A stretch of 64,000 nucleotides of DNA from contig OX597824.1 in the NCBI GenBank assembly GCA_951406725.2, positions 24,738,001 to 24,802,000 of the forward strand. Direction: 5' to 3'. This document shows positions 1 through 14,774 of this stretch, one piece after another (position 1 is the first letter of the stretch; every line of letters starts with the position of its first letter). Below the pieces are notes generated by a model. The model had not been told where the DNA came from, did not search any database, and saw nothing but the letters and a program-made list of their open reading frames with translations. The position numbers and the translations under genes are program-made. This DNA is from Octopus vulgaris. Its lineage: Eukaryota.

Positions 1-620
1 TTAATATCCAGAAGAGGCAAAACGTTACAGCCTAGCTAGGCATACGTGATCGTAGAAAGAAAGCGTCTCGGAGTACAGCAGCAAATGGGGAGTACTGGAG
101 AGGCGCAAACTTTACTGCAATGGCAGTTGGAGGTGCGGGCTATGCCTGGCGGAGAAAGGAACTGCGCTAATAGAGTCAAAGGCCATCCAACAGCAGGGAG
201 TGAGAGAGCCCTAGTCCTTCTTTAGACATCTCCTTATGACAAGGAAAACTCTGATGTGAAACCCGCGAGTTCGTGTACATCTCTTTGCCAACTAACTTGC
301 GAGAACATACGAGGAAATGAAGACAATTTCCTAGCTTTAAGAGTATCGTGAAAGGCCTGGCTGGAGCTCCAACCTTCCGATTTTTTTTTTACAAGGCTTA
401 GTAAAACTGAAGGACCGCTGCAATAAGTGTGTGATTCTGAGATGGGTATGTGTTGAATAAAACCATAATTAACTGATCCTCCTCTATTTTCTTTAACCGA
501 AAGGCAAGAACTATTTAGCATTCCTTCTTAGACATACCAAATGTGCACGATAAGCTACAGGGAGTATCATTCCCCAAAATTCCGTTGAATCAGGAGTCTA
601 GGATCAGGAATTTCCGAAAC
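1..620 (-). mobile_element. Possible highly decayed CR1/L2-type LINE 3' fragment
   Basis: Non-repetitive tract. Broken minus-strand frames give FY*ALVKK and RDAFFLRS...NVLP, weakly resembling CR1/L2 ORF2 C-terminal motifs (YKALVRP, SFFPR..WNSLP). Confidence 0.25.
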
Positions 621-770
621 AGCAATCTTGCTCTTGTTTGTTTCTGGACTCCTTCGCTTGATAGGTGAGGGGTTTAGCGATGTTGTGCAAGCTGGTATTG
701 ACTCTAAATTTCAGGAGAGGCATATATATATATATATACATACATATATATATATACATACATATATATA

Positions 771-910
771 TATTCTTTCCTTGCTTCTTTCTAGGGAAGA
801 GCGTTGGCTCCGAAACGTTAAAGACTTTTTCACTTCCCGAGCGTTATACAAATACATCTGTTTGTTATCTACACCACCTGTCTTCGTTTTTTTTTCCGTG
901 AATTCTCCCT
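771..910 (+). mobile_element. Penelope-like terminal-repeat fragment, family P1, with degenerate hammerhead (786-824)
   Basis: TCTTT-CTAGGGA-AGAGCGTTGGCTCC-GAAACGTT-AAAGA plus downstream CCTGTCTTCGT tail. Homologous to 49900-50070 and 60060-60220; flanked by AT/ATAC repeats. Confidence 0.55.
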
Positions 911-964
911 ATATACATACATAAATACTTACATACATACATAAATATTATTTATATTATTTCT

Positions 965-1255
965 GAGACTATCCAGGCTCATGGACCTGGTTTCCCGGTT
1001 TATATGGCGTATGTGTTTTCTCCACCTGGACGGGACGCCAGTCCATCGCAGCGTTACTCAAGAAACAGGAAGAAAGGGTGAGAGAAAGTTGGGGCGAAAG
1101 AGTACAACAGGGGTCGCCACCACTCCCTGCCGGAGACTCGTGGAGCTTAAGGTGTTTTCGCTCAATAAACACACACAACGCCCGGTCTGGGAATCAAAAC
1201 CGCGATCCTCTGACCGCGAGTCCGCTTCCCTAACCACTGAACCATTGCGCCTCCA
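965..1255 (-). mobile_element. tRNA-derived SINE family B, tail type 2
   Basis: Head GGAGGCGCAATGG..AGTGGTTAG (A box) and GGTTTTGATTCC (B box). Tail GATGGACTGGCGTCCCGTCCAGG shared with the family D copy at 26140-26380. Confidence 0.85.
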
Positions 1256-1277
1256 TATATATATATATATATATACT

Positions 1278-1315
<38 letters not shown>

Positions 1316-1317
<2 letters not shown>

Positions 1318-1706
1318 TCTTTTTCTCTCTTTTACTTGTTTCAGTCATTTGACTGCAGCCATCCTGGAGCACCACCTTTAATCGAGCAAATCGACCCCGG
1401 GACTTATTCTTTTGTAAGCCCAGTACTTATTCTATCGGTCTCTTTTGCCGAACCGCTAAATAACGGGGACATAAACACACCAGCATCGGTTGTCAAGCAA
1501 TGCTAGGGGACAAACACAGACACGCATACATATATATACATATACATATATACGACGGGCTTCTTTCAGTTTCCGTCTACCAAATCCACTCACAAGGCTT
1601 TGGTCGGCCCGAGGCTATAGTAGAAGACACTTGCACAAAGTGCCACGCAGTGGGACTGAACCCGGAACCATGTGGTTGGTTAGCAAGCTACTTACCACAC
1701 AGCCAC
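1316..1706 (-). mobile_element. tRNA-derived SINE family A (CORE-like, internal microsatellite)
   Basis: GTGGCTGTGTGGTAAG A box, GGGTTCAGTCCC B box, CORE-like GGCAAGTGTCTTCT, internal (TA/TG)n and (GTAAAAGA)n tail. More than 10 homologous copies in the window. Confidence 0.9.
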
Positions 1707-1753
1707 ATATACACACACACACACATACATACACTTCATTAAAATGCAGCAAG

Positions 1754-1863
1754 AATATCTCAAAAACTGTTACTCAGAGTTTTTCCCGTTCCCGTTCGTC
1801 GGACAGTTTTGTTTAGAATTGGAAAACGTGAAACCCACCCCGAGTAACAGTTTTTGTGATATT
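1754..1863. repeat. Short inverted-repeat element (22-bp arms), possible MITE remnant
   Basis: AATATCTCAAAAACTGTTACTC (1754-1775) versus GAGTAACAGTTTTTGTGATATT (1842-1863), one mismatch. Confidence 0.55.
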
Positions 1864-1964
1864 TTTTTTACTATTTTTTTCATAAACCATATTTCTCAAC
1901 CTCTGGTATTTGAGTACTATTTTATTTTTTCCCCACCTTGCTTCGCATTTATGTGCTTACTCTG

Positions 1965-3050
<1,086 letters not shown>

Positions 3051-3542
3051 AAGATAGATTTACGTAACATACTAAGTAAGGCAAAGTCTACCCAGCAAAA
3101 AAAAAACTATTAATTTTAATTATGACGCCTAAAGATTGAATAATTCCTAATTCATTATAATAATAATTTTTGAAAAAAACCCCAATTAAATGCAATAAAT
3201 TTAGTGAATAATTCAATAAAACGCAAAGCATTTTAATGTTAGATATATAAACACAGTTTCCGCCTGTTGCCTTTCAAGTTCAATGTTATGTTAGCCGTAT
3301 TACTATTAATACAACTGCTGCGATTTCAGCATTGTAACTATATTAAACACCAGCGAGGCACCCGTCAAAAATGATGGAGTGTATTTGGATAAGGAATGCA
3401 TTATACAAGCATAAAATTTGTCTAATGGTTTCTAGTTCGATATTTGATATGCTATCTTGTTCATATTGGAAGTGAAAATGAAACACGGTAACAGAGAGAA
3501 AAACACAAGACAGATAACAGCCATCTTAATTGCGTATGCCTA

Positions 3543-4157
3543 CGTATGTATGTATGTATGTATGTATGTATGTATGTATGTATGTATGTATGTATGTATG
3601 TATGTATGTATGTATGTATGTATGTATGTATGTATGTATGTATGTATGTATGTATGTATGTATGTATGTATTCATGCATGTATGCATGCATATATGTATT
3701 ATGTAAGTATGTAAGTATGTATGTATGTGTGTATGTATGTATGTATGTATGTATGTATGTATGTATTCATGCATGTATGCATGCATATATGTATTATGTA
3801 AGTATTTAAGTATGTATGTATGTGTGTATGTATGTATGTATGTATGTATGTATGTATGTATGTATGTATGTATGTATGTATTCATGCATATATGTATGTA
3901 TGTATGTAAGCATGTAAGTATGTATGTATGTGTGTATGTATGTATGTAAGTATGTATGTGTGAATGTATGTATGTCTGAACGTATGTATGTATGTATGTA
4001 TGTATGTACGTATTCATGCATGTATGCATGCATATATGTATGTAAGTATGTAAGTATGCATGTATGTGTGTATGTATGTATGCATCTATGTATGTATGCA
4101 TGTATGTATGTATGTATGTATGTATGTATGTATGTATGTATGTATGTATGTGTGTGT
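3543..4157. repeat. (TATG)n microsatellite with higher-order variant blocks
   Basis: Directly visible; the variant unit TATTCATGCATGTATGCATGCATATATGTA recurs three times. Confidence 0.95.
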
Positions 4158-4219
4158 ATTTCCTTCGATGAGGGGCTTAATTATGCTTTATGCTTGAAAC
4201 AATATATTTTCTCTCACAT

Positions 4220-4468
4220 TGCTTTCAAATTTTGGCACAAGGCCAGTAATGTCGAAGGAGAGATAAGCCGCTTACATAGACACTAGTGCTTGACTGGTAC
4301 TTCTTTTATCGACCCCAAAAGGATGAAAGGCAAAGTCGAGCTCAGCATTATTTGAACTCAGAATATAAAAAAACAGACGAAATACCACTAAGAATCTTGC
4401 CCGAGCAATCTTCCCCGAGCAATCTTGCCCTCGCATCTTGCTAACGATTCTCCTGGTTAGCCGCCCTT
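4220..4468 (-). mobile_element. SINE family C, old subfamily (Deu/Nin-like central domain)
   Basis: Reverse complement contains CTTTGCCTTTCATCCTTTTGGGGTCGATAAAAGAAGTACCAG; tail CTGGCCTTGTGCCAAAATTTGAAA. Confidence 0.8.
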
Positions 4469-4509
4469 TATTTTCCCCCCCTCATATTAACCCGTGATTG
4501 CGTCATAGT

Positions 4510-4790
4510 TAATGAGAATTTGGTGATGAACAATCACAGAAAATGATAGACAAGCAGACTATTATCTCACCTGAAGGATGCGAATCTGCAACTTCTTGCA
4601 ATGAACGCTTTCGCTCTGCATTGCCTTCCAAGAGATATCTTCTGCGGCAAACTTGCAGTATTTTGCACAAGGAAATCAAGTAAATGATTTTAATTCCTGG
4701 AATGAGGTTGGGCCATCATTATTGTAAAGGAGCAGCTTCTTCAAATTTAAATAGGTTACTAAGATTCCTCATTTAAAAATCATGTCTACA
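4510..4790 (-). pseudogene. Helitron RepHel coding fragment (decayed)
   Basis: Minus frames give KLLLYNNDGPTSFQELKS, then QVCRRRYLLEGNAERKRSLQEVADSHP. This matches the Helitron linker motif RLLL..V.GPTSFEDL...AC..RGLLE.D.EW...L.EA, with a frameshift and a stop. Confidence 0.65.
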
Positions 4791-4847
4791 AAGTTAATAT
4801 GAGGTTCAGATGGATCATAAGTATTATTAATATTAATATTTGTTAAA

Positions 4848-5060
4848 GCGGGTGAGCTAGCAGAATCGTTGGCACGCCGGGAAAAATTACTTAGCGGCAT
4901 TTCGTCCGCTTTCAGGTTCTGCGTTCAAATTCTGCTGATGCCGACTTTCCCTTTCATCCTTTCGGGGTCGATAAAATAAGTGCCAGTTGAGAACTGGGTT
5001 CGACGTAATCGACTTATCCCCTCCCCGAAATTGCTGGCCTTGTACCAAAATTTGAAATCA
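4848..5060 (+). mobile_element. SINE family C, old subfamily, with 17-bp TSD
   Basis: Family C head and body; TATTAATATTTGTTAAA at 4831-4847 and 5062-5078. Confidence 0.85.
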
Positions 5061-5358
5061 GTATTAATATTTGTTAAAAATTTTCTTTATTAATACCTGC
5101 GACTTACCCTGAATACTTATTCGTATAGCTATCCCAATACACACACACACACACACATACATATGTACTATGGGCTTTCATACAGGTTCCGTCTACAAAA
5201 TTCACTCTCAAGGAATTGGTCTGTTCGGGACCATTGTAGAAGACATACGCACAAGATGCTGTGTAGCGAAAGCACGTGACCGCAAGGCGAGCTTGTTAAC
5301 CAAATAGTCATGTTTACATATAAACAGACATACACACACACACGCACACATATAGATG

Positions 5359-5407
<49 letters not shown>

Positions 5408-5411
<4 letters not shown>

Positions 5412-5552
5412 GATAAATGAATTATCTTATTACGGATAATTCAAATGATAACCGATACCTGGGTAGCAAAAGGCTGCAAAATGGACTCCTTATTCAATCC
5501 GAATTAGGGACTTTGCAGCCTTCGAAACATATGTAGAAAATAATAAAAAGGA
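5408..5552 (+). mobile_element. Penelope-like terminal-repeat fragment, family P2; hammerhead 5' half deleted
   Basis: Inverted homolog of 6690-6903. Retains CTGCA..TGCAGCCTTCGAAACATATGTA but lacks about 70 nt including CTGATGA. Confidence 0.6.
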
Positions 5553-5592
5553 ATTTTGTTAAATCTTCGTTCAGCTCCATTTCTTCCTACAC

Positions 5593-5679
<87 letters not shown>

Positions 5680-5957
5680 TATATTTAATATTTAGCTGAG
5701 GCAACTGAGTGGCGCAACGACCAAGAATTTCCTGCGTTGGCACTTAACAAACGCACGAAATGTAAAAATAATCAAAACAGGAAAATGACAATTTTTTGGT
5801 ACTCTTTATTTTCCAGTACGCGTGTTTCATTTTCTAATACAAATCACGGAGATTTACGTGCTATATAGACGAGTAAGGGATTTCCTAATGCAGAAATCGT
5901 CAGAGAGAAACTATTTTCGAAGAGGAAACAGCAAGGATTTACTCTCTCCTTCCCTTC

Positions 5958-6584
<627 letters not shown>

Positions 6585-6695
6585 TATACATACATATACA
6601 TATATACATATATACATATATATAAGATATATATATATATATATATATATATAAGTATATGAAAGAATTGAACGACTAGTTAACAAATATCCTTT

Positions 6696-6780
6696 ATTCT
6701 CGACATATGTTTCGAAGGCTGCATATTCCTAATTCCAAAGGAATAAGGAGTACATTATGCAGATTTCTCATCAGGAAAAT
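6696..6780 (-). ncRNA. Type I hammerhead ribozyme motif with intact core (family P2)
   Basis: Minus strand reads ATTTTC-CTGATGA-GAAATCTGCATA...TATGCAGCCTTC-GAAAC-ATAT-GTC-GAGAAT: 6-bp stem I, long stem II, palindromic minimal stem III ACATATGT, GUC cleavage triplet. Confidence 0.75.
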
Positions 6781-6903
6781 CAAGGAACTTATGTCGACAT
6801 CATAGGGACGTAGCTTCAACCATGTTCTTTCTGATGTGAATTTGCTACCCAGGTATCGGTTATCTTTCGAATTATCCTTAATAAGATAACTCATTCAATT
6901 ACT

Positions 6904-6972
<69 letters not shown>

Positions 6973-7338
6973 TGATCAATATATATATATATATATATAT
7001 TAATATATATATATGTATGTATTTTTTTGTTGGCATTGTTTTGTTTTAGGAGACAATGGAGTTGTGCATAAACTAATGCAGTCTGGTTTTTACATTTCAT
7101 GTCCTCTCCAGTTTTGCGCAGGCCTGGGCTAGATGTAAGAAAATCCTGGGTATCCCAATCGTAAGGATTCCTCTGACATAATTTGATCCAGACAATTATG
7201 GCCTTTAGTTAACTGGAACGATAAATGCGCGGACATCTGTGGGTGTCATTCACGAAAACAAAAAAAAAAGAACTTAAATGGCTTACGTAAGCTTACATAC
7301 ATATATATATATATAAGACCAAAAGGGTACGGGCGTCG

Positions 7339-7378
<40 letters not shown>

Positions 7379-7380
<2 letters not shown>

Positions 7381-7539
7381 AGTGGCTGTGTGCTAAGTAG
7401 CTTGCTTACTAACCACATGGTTCCGGGTTCAGTCCCACTGCGTGGCAGCTTCGGCAAGTGTCTTCTGCTATAGCCCCGGGCCGACCAATGCCCTGTGAGT
7501 GGATTTGGTAAACGGAACCTGAAAGAAGCCTGTCGTATA

Positions 7540-7586
<47 letters not shown>

Positions 7587-7795
7587 TTGTGTGTCTGTGT
7601 TTGTCCCCCTAGCATTGCTTGACAACCGATGCTGGTGTGTTTACGTCCCCGTCATCTAGCGGTTCGGCAAAAGAGACCGATGGAATAAGTACTAGGCTTA
7701 CAAAGAATAAGTCCCGGGGTCGATTTGCTCGACTAAAGGCGGTGCTCCAGCATGGCCGCAGTCAAATGACTGAAACAAGTAAAAGAGTAAAAGAG
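7379..7795 (+). mobile_element. SINE family A, near full length
   Basis: GGAGTGGCTGTGTG head to GAAACAAGTAAAAGAGTAAAAGAG tail, inserted in (AT)n. Confidence 0.9.
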
Positions 7796-7824
<29 letters not shown>

Positions 7825-7828
<4 letters not shown>

Positions 7829-8045
7829 ATACAAACTGGGACGAGAACTTAAAACATTTAGAAGACGATACAAAAAACACGGACGATACAAAAAACATTC
7901 GAGGCCTTCAATCTTCAGTCAGAACCGGATTGTCCTCGCAATTTCGGCTGATTAATCTTGATTAATCAGATTGAAGGCTTCGTATGTCCCGTCCGTGTTT
8001 TATGTCTTCTAAATGTTTTGCGTTCTTGTCCCAGTTTGTATTTTT
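7825..8045. repeat. Imperfect fold-back element (family P4) between (AT)n tracts
   Basis: AAAAATACAAACTGGGACGAGAAC...GTTCTTGTCCCAGTTTGTATTTTT. Single-orientation homologs at 22260-22435 and 63640-63705. Confidence 0.75.
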
Positions 8046-8068
8046 ACATATATTTTTATATATATATA

Positions 8069-8217
<149 letters not shown>

Positions 8218-8619
8218 ATATATAGTCTCCAGGTATTGCAAGAACGTTTCGTATAAATAACTGCACTTCGTACAATTCGCTCCTAAATGAGCTAACAGAC
8301 GCGCGCGCGCGCACACACCACACACGCACACACCACACACGCACTTGCTCATACGTACGCGCGCGCGCCCGTGCGCGTATTCACTCGGGAAAAAAAAAAT
8401 AGCTAAATATGTAAACAAAGAGACAGTATGAAAAGGAAGAAGAGAAAGAACAAGAAGAGAGGGAAAATAAAAAGGTAGCAAAGAATGCGTAACCTAGTAA
8501 TAAGAACTGAGATTATTTGAAAGGCGAGCTGACTGTCCCAGATATAAAAGAAATTAACTACCTACATATGTGTGACGTCTAAGAAAAATTTATATACAGA
8601 AACTTACACACATACACGC

Positions 8620-8769
8620 GTGCGTACGCACACACACACACACACACACACGCGTACGCACACACACACACACGTAATATTTATATGAGGGCGCTGAGAG
8701 AATATTTATGTAATATATATCTATTTACATATATGTGTGTGTGTGTCTGTTTATATATATAGGTATATA

Positions 8770-8841
<72 letters not shown>

Positions 8842-8898
8842 CGCATATATGCATATATATGTGTGTGTGTATCTATTTATATATATACGTATATATGC

Positions 8899-8943
<45 letters not shown>

Positions 8944-8987
8944 CGCATATATGCATATATATATGTGTGTGTGTTTGTGTGTGTATG

Positions 8988-9031
<44 letters not shown>

Positions 9032-9311
9032 ACACACGCAATATACTTAGATGATGATTCTATGAATATATTTATGTAATATATATATACAAACACATAC
9101 GTATGTTATACACTCGAGCGCACGCACACACACACGCACGCACACACACACACACACACGTAACATTCATACGAGGGCTCTGAGAGAATATTTATGTAAT
9201 ATATATCTATTTACATATATATATGTGTGCGTGTGTATCTATTTATATATATACGTATATATGCATATATATATATATGTGTGTGTGTGTATGTGTCTAT
9301 TTATTTATATA

Positions 9312-9359
<48 letters not shown>

Positions 9360-9510
9360 AAGATATATATATACATATATATATATATATGTGTGTTTTG
9401 TTTTACTACATATATATATACATGTATACACACGTAATATACTTAGATGATGATTCTATGAATATATTTATGTAATATATATATACAAACACATACGTAT
9501 GTTACACACA
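8620..9510. repeat. Local tandem duplication (two 400-500-bp microsatellite-rich units)
   Basis: GAGGGC.CTGAGAGAATATTTATGTAAT at ~8687 and ~9173; AATATACTTAGATGATGATTCTATGAATATATTTATG at ~9040 and ~9437. Confidence 0.85.
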
Positions 9511-9883
9511 CGCGCACGCACCCACATACACATATATACACACACACACACAAACGAAATGTGAGCAATGATGCGTATGTAAGATTTTCTACGGGGGAGG
9601 GCATGCCATCCCTAGCTGGCACATCGGTAGGGGTGGGGTAAAGATTTACATTCCAGATTCTGTACTGTGAGTAATAAATGTCGTATATATATTACCAAAT
9701 TCTACTCAAGCAAAAGCACCAAATTCTAACAGAATTGCGTTCATTCGCCACATAACGAGGTGCTCGTGGAACTACCCCGATACTCGAAGGTATAGTGCGC
9801 TAAGAAGTAAAAACGGAAAAAAGAACAGAGAAGTGCTCATGAGATAATCTGGTTGAAGATACACTGTATCTTTCAAACAGTTT

Positions 9884-10721
9884 GGATCTTTTCGGTTTGA
9901 ACGGCAGTTTTTTCTAGCGGTGTCATATGAAATTGTCACCCATAATTATGACCCTAGTATCGAACTATTGCATTTCAATCTGTTTTAGGGTTAGGGTTAG
10001 TTAGGGGTAGGGGGAAGGGTATCTTTTTTTCTTCACAAATGTAAATAAACCCAATCTGTTTCTTAAACGAGGGACATATTCATACGGCACAGAATGTTTT
10101 TTTACTTCAATAGACGTCATTGATTGGTTGAAATTGCAGAAATTGAAGAAAAACAAACAAAAATATCTTACAAACAATAGAATTTTCTCAGTAAAGCCAA
10201 GAGAAAAAGATGTTTTATAAACACATTCTACTAGTATACGAAGTTTAAAAGTGTTTAGTTACTCTTTTACTCTTTTACTTGTTTCAGTCATTTGACTGCG
10301 GCCGTGCTGGAGCACCGCCTTTAATCGAGCAACTCGACGCCGGGACTTATTCTTTTGTAAGCCCAGTACTTATTCTATCGGTCTCTTTTGCCGAACCGCT
10401 AAGTAACGGGGACATAAACACACCAGCATCGGTTGTCATGCAATGCTAGGGGGACAAACAGACACACAAACAGACACCCAAACACACACACGCATATATA
10501 TACATATATACGACGGGCTTCCTTCAGTTTCCGTCTACCAAATCCACTCACAAGGCTTTGGTCGGCCCGAGGCTATAGTAGAAGACACTTGCCCAAGGTG
10601 CTACGCAGTGGGACTGAACCCGGGACCATGTGGTTGGTAAACAAGCTACTTACCACACAGCCACTCCTGCACCTACGTGGAAATTATTTTAAAAAAACTG
10701 CCGTTCAAACCGAAAAGATCC
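9884..10721. mobile_element. Non-autonomous DNA transposon (MITE) with ~30-bp TIRs, GG termini and 8-bp TSD (Merlin/hAT-like)
   Basis: GGATCTTTTCGGTTTGAACGGCAGTTTTTT...AAAAAACTGCCGTTCAAACCGAAAAGATCC, flanked by AACAGTTT and AACAGTTC. Internal TTAGGG-like repeats; SINE A nested inside. Confidence 0.85.
10260..10672 (-). mobile_element. SINE family A nested in the MITE
   Basis: Full family A head, body and tail. Confidence 0.9.
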
Positions 10722-11181
10722 AACAGTTCAATCGTTAATCCTATTCAGTCGAAGCTGACTTGTGAATAAATGAGACAACCATTTTTCAGAAGCAAACTGA
10801 TTGAGACATATTTTGTTATCAGGCGAGTTGCACTAGTAAAAACTTTACCTTTAAAAAGGCAATTTTTTTTTTCGTTAGTACGCATTCCAGAAAATCTCGC
10901 CGGCCGGAGCTTGTCCATGACAGGTCTAAACAAAGCTACAATATCCTCGGCCATTTTGGGTGTAGGATGAATCAACTGGGCGCGGCTGTTTCGACACTGG
11001 CGATTTGGCTCGGTGGCATGACATTGAAACTGCTTTGCAACTGTACAAGTCTCACATTGGAGACATACACACACCCCTCCCACACCACCACCACCACCAC
11101 CACCACCACAACCTCACCGCCAAACATACACACATGAACGCACGCAAGCCACAGAAATACACAGATGCAGGGAGAGAGAGA

Positions 11182-11221
<40 letters not shown>

Positions 11222-11314
11222 CAGAGAGACAGATACGGAGCGTTACATACACGATGGGTGTCTGAGGTGATGAGAGGACATATGTATGTGCTTATACTCA
11301 TACACAACATACAA

Positions 11315-11355
<41 letters not shown>

Positions 11356-11402
11356 CATGTATGTATATATCTATATATGTACATACGCACACATATACAC
11401 AC

Positions 11403-11435
<33 letters not shown>

Positions 11436-11495
11436 ATATATCTAGTAACAAACTATATATATACACACACATGCATGCACAAAGACACACACGCG

Positions 11496-11549
<54 letters not shown>

Positions 11550-12292
11550 AGAAAGGGCACAAAGAGAGAACACCAGTACAGACAGATTGAACAACTGGGT
11601 CATCTTTCCTTCATCAGCTATCCAAGCTATGGGATGTGCAGTTTCGGCATTAAAGATAGTACCGCTTATCATTAGTTCACATGGAGCACACCAGTGGGTT
11701 AATTAGGTTTCATTCAGGTGAAGAAGAGAGAATGTCAAACTGATGAAATGGATACCGAACGTGTCGAATACGCCCCTTGCTTCCTTCCTTTATTTTTCAA
11801 AATCTTCACTTTTTAGGATTCCTGTATTTTCAAAGACGAAGATTACGATTTTATCCAAAGAACATCTTTTCAAAGTTTTTTTCCAACCTACTTGTTTTTT
11901 TTTTTCTTTTCACACTTTTCTCGAAAATGGTTTTATTTTTAATAGTGAGTGGAAAATACGGAGATTACGATTTTGTAAAAGGTAAATTTATCACAATTTC
12001 AATTTAATAAAAAAAAAACCCATAAAAACTTCTCTACCTCCCCATCTTTCAGAATACCTACACCGCCAAACCTCGTACATCCATACCATATTAACATTCC
12101 AGATGTTTTTAAACTCCTCTGCTCATTTGTGAATCATAGACACATTTCGAACGTACAGATGAGGCGTAGGAAGTGTAAATGAAGTTTCATCAAAAGCTAG
12201 AAATAAGAGCCAAAATTTCTGAAAAAGGATTTCCAAAAAGCATCTTAACTACCCACTTCCACGGTTACAAGAATAACAATACGCACCGCACA

Positions 12293-12490
12293 TACTCTTT
12301 TACTCTTTTTACTTGTTTCAGTCATTTGACTGCGGCCATGCTGGAGCACCACCTTTAGTCGAGCAAATCGACCCCGGGACTTATTCTTTGTAAGCCCAGT
12401 ACTTATTCTATCGGTCTCTTTTGCCGAACCGCTAAGTGACGGGGACGTAAACACACCAGCATCGGTTGTCAAGCAATGCTAGGGGGACAA

Positions 12491-12529
<39 letters not shown>

Positions 12530-12700
12530 CCTATATACGACAGGCTTCTTTCAGGTTCCGTCTACCAAATCCACTCACAAGGCATTGGTCGGAGCGAGGC
12601 TATAGCAGAAGACATTTGCCCAAGCTGCCACGCAGTGGGACTGAACCCGGAACCATGTGGTTGGTTAGCAAGCTACTTACCACACAGCCACTCCTGCGCC
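12293..12700 (-). mobile_element. SINE family A, full length
   Basis: Full family A sequence ending GCCACTCCTGCGCC on the plus strand. Confidence 0.9.
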
Positions 12701-13047
12701 TATAATGCGTGGAATGTCTGTTGATTCAACAGATGAAATGGGACAGGCCTCTTTATGAGGTTGTTCACCTACTAGAAATAATTGGTGAATGTTAGATTAA
12801 CAGTTTCAGAAGCTGATTTGGGGTGAGGGGCGAAATTGGAAAAAAACCGTTGTGAAAAATACCGGATTCTGAAGAGACTTTGGATATACAAAAAGGAGCG
12901 GGAATACCCTTTCGACACGTTCACAGAAGAAACGTAGTGTTTCACAGTGGAACAGGAATGACAGTTGACATGAAAGAAATGGATAAACAGATAATTATGA
13001 AATGCCTAAGTGAAACAAAGGGAGAATACGTAGAACGTAAAACAAAG

Positions 13048-13540
<493 letters not shown>

Positions 13541-13765
13541 ACAGAGTCTGTGAGTATGTGTGCGTGCGTGTGTGTGTGAGAGTGTGTGCGTGTGCGCGTG
13601 TAAGTTGATAGATAAATATAGATAGATAGATAGAGAGAGAGAGGGGGGAGAGAGAGATCCATAAAATAAGTACGCGGCTTACAAAAGTACTGGGGTCGAT
13701 TTATGCGACTAAAAATTCTTCAAAGCGCTGCCCCAGCATAGCCGTGGTCTGATGACTGAAACAAG

Positions 13766-14150
13766 TGGAAGCACTCCGTCGGTTACGACGACGAGGGTTC
13801 CGGTTGACCCGATTCAACGGAACAGCCTGCTCGTGAAATTAACGCGTAAGTGGCTGAGCACTCCACAGACACGCGTACCCTTAACGTAGTTCTCGGGGAT
13901 ATTCAGCGTGACACAGAGAGTGACAAGGCCGGCCCTTTGAAATACAGGTACAACAGAAACAGGAAGTAAGAGTGAGAGAAAGTTGTGGTGAAAGAGTACA
14001 GCAGGGATCACCACCATCCCCTGCCGGAGCCTCGTGGAGCTTTTAGGTGTTTTCGCTCAATAAACACTCACAACGCCCTGTCTGGGAATCGAAATCGCGA
14101 TCCTATGACCGCGAGTCCGCTGCCCTAACCACTGGGCCATTGCGCCTCCA
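13766..14150 (-). mobile_element. SINE family B, tail type 1, inserted into the tail of an old family A copy
   Basis: ~385-bp element nearly identical to copies at 43171, 46632, 50859 and 52744. TSD CTGAAACAAGT at 13756-13766 and 14153-14163. Confidence 0.92.
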
Positions 14151-14559
14151 CCCTGAAACAAGTAAAAGATATACGTAATTATGTATGTATGTATGTATGT
14201 ATGTATGTATGTATATATTGGATATTGCATATTGTGATGAAACTGGAACGAAGCCTTTTCGTTAATATTAACCGTGATTATAATAATCGGTTTCCACTTT
14301 GTGTGTATACATGTGTGGTGGATATGGATGTGAAGAGAGAATACGCGGGAAACGTGGAGACAGAGAGAGAGAGAGAAAGAGAGGGGGAAGGAGAGACTGG
14401 TGGGAGATAATAAGGATAAAGAGATTAATCAGTATGTTAATAACCGGATATGAATTACGAAAACATTTGCTGTAAACCGGATGCGAGTTATTTGGGAAAT
14501 TATTTTATTTACATCAACATAATAATAACTACGACAACTACATAAGGGATAATGATTTA

Positions 14560-14561
14560 TC

Positions 14562-14646
<85 letters not shown>

Positions 14647-14675
14647 AGTAGTAGTAATAATAATAATAATAATAA

Positions 14676-14770
<95 letters not shown>

Positions 14771-14772
14771 GT
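14560..14772. repeat. (AAT)n/(AGT)n trinucleotide microsatellite
   Basis: Directly visible. Confidence 0.95.
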
Positions 14773-14774
14773 AA

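Noticed and set aside
3250-3440. Possible Helitron helicase C-terminal remnant (QFP, TIN, GVYLDKEC)
   Set aside because: The motifs are scattered across broken frames and too degenerate to call without an HMM search.
4566-4760. Host exon suggested by a minus-strand CAG/GTGAG donor at ~4571
   Set aside because: The peptide matches Helitron RepHel, with a frameshift and a stop.
13814-14017. Recurrent 67-aa ORF MVVIPAVLFHH... (five copies)
   Set aside because: It lies within SINE B type 1; recurrence reflects young SINE copies, not a gene family.
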